64,000 nucleotides of DNA from Squalus acanthias (taxonomy: Eukaryota), in assembly GCA_030390025.1 (NCBI GenBank), contig CM059438.1:57290001-57354000 (forward strand), read 5' to 3'. Shown here piece after piece: positions 54,540 to 64,000 of this stretch. The notes beneath the pieces are model-generated. The model was given only the letters and a program-made list of their open reading frames with translations, did not search any database and was not told the origin of the DNA. Position numbers and translations under genes: made by a program. Each line of letters opens with the position of its first letter. Position 1 is the first letter of the stretch.

Positions 54540-55950
54540 CTCGCTGCTGTTCAAAGCGCAGCAAACCATGACCATTCTGGAGACCCTGGCTGGTGCGTAC
54601 TGAAGAGCGCTTTCAGGTCTGTCTAGGCACTTGAAGTGCATCTTTAGCATGACAATGGCTTGTTCGATCACCTATCTGGTGGTCATATGGCATTCATTGT
54701 AGCACTCTTGGGCTTTATTGGTCGGGGTTCTGACGTGTGTCATCAGCCAAGTTTGAAGTGGCTATTCCTTGTCTCCTAGCAGCCATCCCTTAAGTTTGCT
54801 TGCAGGTCCAAAGACGTCAGGGAGCTTGGACTGTTGCAGGACCAAAGCATCATAACAGCTCCCCAGGAGTCTTATGCACACCTGCAGAAATATATTTTTG
54901 TGGTTGCACACCAGCTGCACATTGATGGAGTGGAAGCCCTTGCAGTAGACAAACACTCCTGGGTGATCTGGGGGGTGTCCGGATTGCCATGTCTGTGCAT
55001 TTAATGAAACCCTGCACCTGTGGTAAGGCAGACAGGGCCACAAACCCGAGTGCCTGCTCATTCTGACTGGCGTCATCGCAGGCGAAGTTGACATAATTGC
55101 CAGCCCTGGCAAACAAGCCATCAGTCACCTGTCTTATGCATTTGTGTGCCGCCGACTGGGAGATCCTGGATATGTCTCCAGGAAAATCCTGGAAGGATCT
55201 GGAGGCAAAAATGTTGAGGGCAGTGATGACGTTGATAGTCACTAGTAAAGCATGGCCACCAGGTCCAGCAGGGAGCTGGTCTTCTTCTAGAAGGCCGCAG
55301 ATGTCTGCCACCACCTGACGTGACAATCTGAGCCTCCTGAGTCACTGCTGTTCAGACAAGGAAACTGAGCCTCTGCCTGTAGACCCTGTTTCGCGGGTAG
55401 TGCCTCCTGCGAGCTGCATCCCTCTGCTGCTGCCCTCTTTGCTGCCTCCCTCTCTGCTGCCCCCCCTCTCTACTGCTCCCCTCTCTCCTGTGCAGCTACA
55501 GGTCTGTGATCAACAGACTGCTGGTGCTGCTGCTGCTACTGGTGATGTTGCTTTGTCTGAGGTCCAATCTAAGGCAGCCAAAGCGCCACCCACCCTGATG
55601 TGATAGAACAAACCTCCAAAGTGTAGAAAGTAAACGCTCAGCAAAAGTACTGTGAACACCCCTTCCCATTAGCAGGTTAGAAAGCAGCTGTGAGTACTGA
55701 GTATTTATTGCCATTTTTCCAAGAGATTGATTCGGCCTCCTCAATTGCCGCTGTGTTCTCGTCTTGCTTTCATTGGCAAGTTTCAGGAAGCCCAGGAAAC
55801 CTGTGGGCTCGACAGTAAAGTCAAAAGTTTGTGTAAATATCTCTCTAATTGAGCTATTAACCTATGTTAATTGGCAACCCGCCTCTCCCGCTGTTAATTT
55901 CCCTGGTTTTAACCCCCACCCGCACCCAAACCCACATGTTAAAATTCCCC
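54540..55950 (-). mobile_element. Decayed PIF/Harbinger DNA transposon (HARBI1-like DDE transposase pseudogene)
   Basis: Frameshifted pieces FASRSFQ..GDISRISQSAAHKCIRQVTDGL, KGFHSINVQLVC..GWLLGD and IEQAIVMLKMHFKCLD..LQYAP..CCALN. The terminus GTTAAAATTCCCC is at 55938-55950. Confidence 0.88.
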
Positions 55951-56699
55951 TTTAACTTCCCCTATTCCCAATTTTTCTTGGTGCCTTCCACTTTCACCAT
56001 CAGCAATGTCTCTGCTTATCCTTTTCTATTAACTAGGCTGGCACTGAGGAAGAGTTCTTTGCTACCTTGAATGATCTTGAATAAGTTGTCAAAGAAGATG
56101 TTCTTTGTGCAACCCTTTTTAAACAAATCTCTCAATTAAGAAACAAGATTAAAACAGTCTCAATTTAAGAAGCCAGGAACACACAGATCTAGCTGAAAAT
56201 AAGCTCTTCAGAGACGAGTTAAACAATGAAGCTAACCTGTAACAGAAAGCTGAGGTCCTATAAGAGGTTTATCTTGCAGATCAATCCTTCTTTTGAACCA
56301 GTTTATTTCTCTTTACTTTGTTATTGTTGAGTTGTACAAGAGCTGACTCTTTCTCAGGTAGAGGCCATATAGGCCATCATCGCTTTAAGAGTGGGTGGCT
56401 GAGATCATGCTCCCAGAATTTACATAGATTTTCTGAAGACACAGAGGACAGTATGAGTAGAGATAAGAGATTTGCCTTCAGGAGGGTTTATGTTTTGTGG
56501 AGTCAGTTTGGAACTGGATTTTAGGTAGCATACCAGATGCTGGGGGGAAGTGTTGGATTTGCGTATATCCTGAGAGATTCTATTGGGGAACATGGAATTT
56601 ATCACTCAGCCGCTGGATGCCTATCATTTGACTCTCATTTTGGTGATGCCCATGTCATGAAGCTGCTTGCAGTGAGAGCCTTTAGAAAGTCATAGCAAA

Positions 56700-58600
56700 G
56701 ACAGGGCTTACAGGCCTTGTGGTACCTTAAGCCAGGGTGCCAGACAAACTACATCCCAGGACTATCGGAAGATGCTAAAGACCTCTATGAGGTCTATAGC
56801 AACTGTTTCCAGGCAGATCACTTTGGAGATGATACTGTGGAAGCTGGAGAAAGGCTTGTTGATGCTATATCAGATGAGCGATGCAAGAAGTGGCAAGAAC
56901 TGATCGAATCCACAGACATGACACACAGCAGCTGGAAAACAATCAGGATGCTAGGAAACGACTTCACTAAAGTACAACCGCAGTATAAAGTCACAGCAGA
57001 TCAAGTCGCTCACCAGCTCCTCTTGAACAGCCAAGGAAACCCAGGCCATCGTCCCAGCAGAGTTAAACACCCAAGACCTGCTGAAGTTGACAAGGAGGAT
57101 TCTGACTTTACAAGAACCTTCACCATGAGCGAGGTGTTACTCGGTATCAAAGTGATGAAAAACAACAAAGCAGCTGGACTTGACGATATCCTCTGTGAAC
57201 AAATCAAGCATTTTGGACCTGTGGCTTTACTCTGGCTACTTGACATGCTCAACAATTGCTTAGCCACCAACAAGATCCCTAAGCTGTGGAGACCAGCAAG
57301 AACAGTGGCAATTCTGAAGCCCAGCAAAGACCCAGCCAACCCTAAGAGCTTCAGGCCAATCTCCCTGTTATGCCACAGCTATAAACTGTTTGAGCGACTC
57401 ATCCTGAATTGTCTGGCCCCCAAGCAGGATTCAAGCCAGGAAATTCCTGCACAAGCCAGCTTCTAAATCTGACCCAATTTATTGAGGATGGCTACAAGAT
57501 TGGGCTAATAACAGGTGCATCCGTTGTGGATTTATCTGCTGCATATGACACAGTCAATCATCGGATTCTTGTGCAGAAGGTATTCCACATAACAAAAGAT
57601 GCCAGATTGACTGAGCTGATATGCAACATGCTGGCCAACAGACGTTTCTTTGCTGACCTCAACGGCAAGCAAAGCAGATGGCGCAGACAGAAGAATGGGT
57701 TCCCTCAAGGTACTGTTCTCGCACCCTTGCTGTTTAACATCTATACCAATGACCAGCCCATCCATCCACACACCAGAAGTTTCCTCTATGCATCTCTGGA
57801 CCAATCCTTTGATAAAGTAGAGAAGTCCCTTGGCGATGCACTAGCTGAGCTAACCAACTACTATGTGACCAATCATCTGCGGGCCAAAGCTGAAAAGACA
57901 CAGATCAGTGCTTTTCATCTTAAGAACAGAGATGCAAACCGAGAACTTAATGTCTGGTGGTATGGTAGAAAACTGGCACACAACTCTAAGCCAATATACC
58001 TTGGAGTAACATTAGATCGTGCCATCAGCTGCAAAGTTCATGTCATCAAAGCAAAGGCAAAGGTGGGAGCCAGAAACAACATCTTAAGGGAATTGGCCAA
58101 CTCTAAATGGGGAACTGACCCAAGGACCTTACAAACTACTGCCCTTGCCCTGTGTTATTCAGCAGCTGAATATGCCTGTCCAGTCTGGGAATGCTCCTCG
58201 CATGCGAAGAAGATGGATCCAGTCCTCAACCTAGCCTGCAGAGCAATTTCTGGCTGCCTGAAACCTACGAAGGTGGATGATCTTTACCTGCTTGCTGGTA
58301 TTGCTCCACCTTTCATAAGAAGGTGAGTTTCATCAAGAGTGGGAAGGTCAAAGCAGACAAGTGAGCCCCGTCATCCACTTTTTCAACAAGAGCCAGCAAT
58401 GAAGAGGCTCAAGTCCAGGAGCAGTTTCTTACATGCTGTCCAGCCCTTGGAATGTAATCCCCACAGCTGTAGACTAGATGCTTGGTCAAAGGATCTGTAG
58501 ACATAGATACACAAGCTATCTTTTGATCCAGGGGAATCTCTTCCAACAGGAGCCAGTGAGACTTGGCCTACTTGGCTGTGTCTCAATTGTCTCAGGACTA
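56700..58600 (+). mobile_element. Non-LTR retrotransposon, RTE-X-like, decayed
   Basis: Motifs KAAGLD, SFRPISLL, QAGF, DLSAAYDTVNH, QKNGFPQGTVLAPLLFNIYTND and ALALCYSAAEYACPVW. It is frameshifted and the YADD motif is deleted. The clade assignment is from recalled motifs. Confidence 0.8.
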
Positions 58601-59409
58601 CCAGAACCATGCAGACCTAAAGATCTGAGGGACTTCAACTCTCGAGCCACAGCCCGTGTGGAACAGTGGCAAGGGAAGTTGTAGCGACTCGACACGATGA
58701 CAACCTTAAGCACAATGCAAGTGCTTTCACTCCAACACTTTTACATTGTCCTTGAAACCAGAAGTGCTTGTGTCACATGGTTCCTGATGTCAGCTTGTCG
58801 TTGCCTTTCAGAATACAAAAGGATAGAATTGGAAGAACATTTTCTGTTCTGCTGCTCTCTGCTTTTGGCACCAATAGTTATCCCTGCAATGCCTTTATTA
58901 TGCTGTCTATGCTATTAAGCCAGGATCTAAATAGATGCAGTCTAGGAAGTTATGGCATTCATAAAAGATTGAAATAAAAGGGCAAACTCCTGGCCAAGTC
59001 TTTTCTACTTACAATGGAGAAAACTGTTGTTCCTCAAGGAAAGCTGCCAAATTTGCCATTTTCCCAAATGAACTGAGATTAGATCGACATTCCATAGCAG
59101 CATGAAACAAAAGGAAGGAAGAACGAATCAGAATTTTATCTGTGAGATTGTAGCTGTACTTTTACAGCTGTGTGTACACTTACCTGAGCTATATGCTCAG
59201 GAACAATTTATGCATACATTAGAAGGTCTGTACTCAAAATTCTGAAGACAACACTTATTATTAAAGGACAGATCGAAGGTGTGAAACACAAAACTTGTGT
59301 AAAAAGTTGCAAAATGCGACCAGGTTAGATTGTACTTCAAATAATGGACAGGGTTGAACCAAACACAAACACAAGCAGTTTATTTATTTACTACAAATTC
59401 AACTTTCAA

Positions 59410-62400
59410 ATGTCCTGGACAACCACGTGTGCAGGAGGTGTCGTCAGCTGGAGGAGCTCGAGCTCTGGGTTTCGGAGCTTGAGGAGCAGCTGGCGTGTCA
59501 CTGCAGTGCATTCGTGAGGCTGAGAGCTACATGGATAGCACGTTTCAGGAGGAGGTCACCGCGCAGTCAAGGAGTGTGCAGGCAGAGAGGGAATGGGTAA
59601 CTGCCAGACAGAAGAGGGGGACCAGGCAGATAGTGCAGGAGTCCCCTGAGTACATCTCGCTCTCCAACCAGTATTCTGTTCTGAGTACTGATTCCTCTGG
59701 GGAGTACAGCCATAGCCAAGTCCGCGGCACCACGGGTGGCCCAGCTGTACAGGGGGGAGGAAGAAGAGTGGGAGAGTATTAGTGGTAGGGGATTCGATAG
59801 TTAGGGGAGCAGACAGGCGTTTCTGCGGCTGCAGACGTGACTCCAGGATGGTATGTTACCTCCCTGGTGCCAGGGTTAAGGATGTCACTGAGTGGCTGCA
59901 GAACATTCTGAGGGGGGAGGGTGGACAGCCAGAGGTCGTGGTCCATATTGGTACCAACGACATAGGTAGAAAGAGGGATGAGGTCCTGCAGGCAGATTTT
60001 AGGGAGCTAGGAAAGAGATTAAAAAGCAGGACCTCAAAGGTAGTAATCTCTGGATTACTCTCGGTGCCACGCGCGAGTGAGTATAGAAATCGGAGGATAG
60101 CGCAGCTGAATGCGTGGCTGAAGAGATGGTGCAGCAGGGAGGGCTTCAGATTCCTGGGGCATTGGGACCAGTTTTGGGGGAGGTGGGGCCTGTACAGGCC
60201 AGACGGGTTGCATCTCAACAGGGCCGGAACCAATATCCTCGCGGGGAGGTTTGCTAGTGCTGTTGGGGAGGGTTTAAACTAATTTGGCAGGGGAAGGGCA
60301 CCAGGATGCAACATTAGAAAGGGGAAATAAAGTGCTCAAAGTATTGGGAGAGGCAGAGAGGACTAAAGTAAGAAATAGTAAGGTATTAGGTGGGGTCCAA
60401 CTAAGAGAGAATACAGGATGGTCGAAGATGGGTTTATAGTGTATGTATGTGAACGCACGAAGCGTAGTAAACAAGATAAGTGAGCTGCAGGCACAAATAG
60501 CCACATGGGAATATGATGTTGTGGCAGTAACTGAGACCTGGCTCGAAAAAGGGCAGGATTGGGTATTAAATATTCCTGGTTATAAGGTGTTCAGGAAAGA
60601 TAGGAAAGGAAAGATAGGTGGTGATGTGGCAGTATTGTTCAAGGAGAATGTTACAGTGCTGGTGAGGGAGGATGTCCTGGAGGGGTCAAGGACAGAATCT
60701 ATATGGCTAGAGTTAAGATATAATAGAGGTGCCATTACACTACTAGGTGTATTCTATAAACCACCAAATAGTGGTAAAGATATGGAGGAGCAAATTTGCA
60801 GAGAAATTACAGAGAGGTGCAAGAACTATAGAGTAGTAATAATGGGGGACTTCAACTATCCTAATATAGACTGAGATCGTAATAGTGTTAAGGGCAGAGA
60901 GGAGGAAGAATTTCTGAAGTGTGTTCAGGAGAACTTTCTTGATCAGTATGTTTCAGGCCTGACGAGGGAGGAGGCATTGCTGGATCAGTAGGTGAACATT
61001 TAGGGAACAGTGATCATAATATCACAAGGTTTAGATTAGCTATGGAAAAGGACAGGGAGCAATCTAGAGTAAAAATATTTAACTGGGGCAAGGCCAATTT
61101 CAGTGGGATGAGAACGGATCTGGCCCGGGTAAACTGGAATTGGCAGGCAAAACTGTAGTGGAATAATGGGATGCCTTTAAAGAGGAAATAGTTCGGGTTC
61201 AGTCGAGGTACCTTCCCATGAGGGAGAAAGGTAGGGCAACTAAAGTCAGAGCTCCCTGGATGACGAAACAGATAGAGAATATGATGAAACATAAAAAGAG
61301 CGCGTATGACAGATGTCAGGTTGCAAATACATCTGAGAATCAGGCTATATATAGAAAGGTCAGAGGAGAAGTGAAAAAGAAAATAAGAGGGGCAAAGAGA
61401 GGATATGAGAATAGAATGGCAGCCAACATAAAAGGTAATCCAAAAGTCTTCTATAGGCATATAAATAGTAAAAGGGTAGTAAGAGGAGGGGTGGGGCCAA
61501 TTAGGGACCAAAAATGAGACCTATGCATGGAGGCAGAGGGTATAGCTGAGGTACTAAATGAGTACTTTGCATCTGTCTTCACCAAGGAAGAGGATGCTGC
61601 CATAGACATAATGAAGGAGGAGGTAGTAGAGACACTTGATAGAATAAAAATTGATAAAGAGGTATTAGAAAGGCTTGCTGTACTTAAAGTAGATAAATCA
61701 CCAGGAGCAGATGGGATGCATCCTAGGATGCTAAGGGAATTGAGGGCGGAAATCGCAGAGGGATTGGCCATAATATTCTAATCCTTCATAGATATGGGGG
61801 TGGTGCCACAGGACTGGAGAATTGCAAATGTTACACCATTGTTCAGAAAAGGGTATAAAGATAAACCCAGCAACTACAGGCCAGTCAGTTTAACCTCGGT
61901 AGTGGGGAAGCTTTTAGAAACGATAATCTGGGACAAAATTAACAGTCACTTGGATAGGGGTGGATTAATTAAGGAAAGCCAGCACAGATTTATTAACGGC
62001 AAATCGTGTTTAACTAACTTGATCGAGTTTTTTGATGAGGTAACAGAGAGGGTTGATGAGGGTAACGCAGTTGACGCAGTGTACATGGATTTCCAAAAGG
62101 TGTTCAACAAAGTGCCACATAATAGGCTTGCCAGCAAAATTGAAGTCCATGGAATAAAAGGGACCGTGGCAGCCTGGATACGAAATTGGCTAAGAGACAG
62201 GAAACAGAGAGTAGTGGTGAACGGTTGTTTTTCGGACTGGAGGAAGGTACACAGTGGTGTTCACCAGGGATTGGTTCTAGGACCACTGCTTTTCTTGATA
62301 TATATTAATGACTTGGACGTGGGTTTACAGGGCACAATTTAAAAATTTGCAGATGACACAAAACTTGGAAGTATAGTGAACAGTAAGGAGGAGCATGATA

Positions 62401-63247
62401 GACTTCAGGAAGACATGGTGAAATGGGCAGACACATGGCAGATGAAATTTAACGCAGAAAAGTGTTAAGTGATGCATTTTGGTAGAAAGAATGAGGAGAG
62501 GACATATAAACTAAATGGTACAATCCTGAAGGGGATGCACGAACAGAGAGACCTATGTATGTGTGCATAAAATTGTTGAAGGTGGCAGGGCAGATTGAGA
62601 AAGCAGTTAAAAAGGCTTACGGGATCCTGGGCTTCATGAATAGAGGCATAGAGTACAAAAGTGTGGAAATTATGATGAACCTGTATAAAACACTGGTTCG
62701 GCCCCAACTGGAGTACTGTGTCCAATTCTGGGCACCACACTTTAGGAAGGATGTGAAGGCCTTAGAGAGGGTGCAGAAAAGGTTTACGAGAATGATTCTA
62801 GGAATGAGGGACTTCAGGTACGTTGATAGACTGGAGAAGCTGGGATTGTTCTCCTTGGAGCAGAGAAGATTGAAAGGAGATTTGATAGAGATGTTCAAAA
62901 TCATGAGAGGTCTGGACAGGGTAGATAGAGAGAAACTGTTCCCATTGGCAGAAGGGTTGAGAACCAGAGGGCACAGATTTAAAGTGATTGGCAAAAGAAC
63001 CTAAGGCGACATAAGAAAAAACTTTTTTACGCAGCGAGTGGTTAAGATCTGGAATGCACTGCCTGAAAGGATGGTGGAGGCAGACTCAATCTTATCTTTC
63101 AAAAGGGAGTTGGATAAGTACCTGAAGGAAAAAAATTGCAGGGCTACGGGGAAAGGGTAGGGGAGTGGGACTAGCTGAGAGTTGGCATGGGCACGACGGG
63201 CCGAATGGCCTTCTTCCATGCTGTAACCATTCTATGATTCTATGATT
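59410..63247 (+). mobile_element. Near full-length CR1 LINE (ORF1 zinc finger/leucine zipper plus esterase, ORF2 APE-RT), decayed
   Basis: ORF1 HVCRRCRQLEELEL.. and GDSIVRG..IGTND..DGLHLN; ORF2 YVNARS, TETW, GDFN and RT motifs with stops; tail TTCTATGATTCTATGATT. A possible AACTTTC target-site duplication lies at 59401 and 63248. Confidence 0.95.
59782..60282 (+). pseudogene. CR1 ORF1 SGNH/GDSL esterase domain
   Basis: GDS, PGA, GTND and DGLH blocks occur in one open frame. Confidence 0.88.
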
Positions 63248-63312
63248 AACTTTCTGAATTTGCACTCCTGGTAGAGCACCTCATCCATAGGATGAACATT
63301 AGGGACATTTAA

Positions 63313-64000
63313 GGGGGAATTTTAACAGTAAAGAGCATGTGGGCTGGGGTTCGGGAAGGTTATTAAAATTGGCAAAATTGGCAGCGTGTCCGGAAGCCGG
63401 CACCAACATGCCGACGTCAGGGTTTAACTCAGGCGTGTTTTGATGCATGTGTATAACCCCCTCCATAAAGGTGGGTTACTGCTTATAATATTTAAATGAG
63501 TCAATTTCAATGAGATCTTGTTGGGTATTTAAATTTAACATCACATGCACGGGTTTTCCCAGGCTTCCTGAAACTCGCCATTGAAAGGAAGGCGAGAAGA
63601 TTGTACAACAACTCATGGGGCTCATTAAAAATCAGGCATACGGACATCAATAAATACTCAGTGCTCACAACTACACATACGTGGCAATACTTGCACCCCC
63701 AGATCAACCAATAAAGCCCAAGAGCGGTACAACGACAGCCATATGACCACCAGATGTGTCATTGAGCAAGATTTCTACGCATCAACCAAGAATGCGCAAC
63801 ACAGGAAAGTGGTACAAAGTAATACATTTTATGTGATTCTACTAAACAACGGAAACTTAACAACATAACATTTTCTCATACACCCATGTGCATACCCTTG
63901 TTGAACTACAAAGCTTTCCTCTTCCTTTTCCTACGGCTCCTACGTGGTGCAACCCCTGTGGTTTCAGCAGAGGTAAAGGCAGGCTGCTCAGATCACTGCT
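63313..64000 (+). mobile_element. Internally deleted Harbinger element, running off the window end
   Basis: TAA precedes the terminus GGGGGAATTTTAAC. 63550-63600 matches the reverse complement of 55760-55800, and 63740-63770 matches the transposase segment at 54660-54690. Confidence 0.7.

Noticed and set aside
54540..55400. Host HARBI1 gene
   Set aside because: Frameshifted, catalytic motifs degraded, bounded by a terminal repeat, and a related deleted copy lies nearby.
56037..56290. Possible exon after a polypyrimidine-AG (AGTEEEFFATLNDLE*)
   Set aside because: Multiple stops in all frames and no recognisable homology, so it cannot be supported.
38084..62994. Antisense ORFs over the LINEs
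   Set aside because: They are shadow frames of retrotransposon coding sequence.

Overview
Eukaryotic, repeat-only window, most likely from a cartilaginous fish (inferred from CR1/HER1-like LINEs with TTCTATG-type tails, SacSINE1/DeuSINE-like SINEs and a Penelope-like element). Bases 1-35351 are one uninterrupted tandem array of a 35-bp CpG-free monomer (ACTGACACTCCACCCAGGGAACACAGTTACCAGAG, roughly 1,000 copies) that runs off the left edge. It is nearly homogeneous to about 27.5 kb, then becomes variant-rich with an irregular 2.1-2.4 kb higher-order repeat. Bases 35.5-64 kb are nested transposon debris: several CR1 LINEs (one near full length with an esterase ORF1), a Penelope-like retroelement in inverted-arm form with a 16-bp target-site duplication and minimal hammerhead-ribozyme motifs, an L2 fragment, tRNA-derived SINEs, a decayed PIF/Harbinger transposase with related MITEs, an RTE-X-like LINE and a ~690-bp tandem duplication. 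No host gene can be confidently identified. I found no convincing wholly new system. The most noteworthy items are the satellite architecture and the ribozyme-bearing inverted Penelope insertion.
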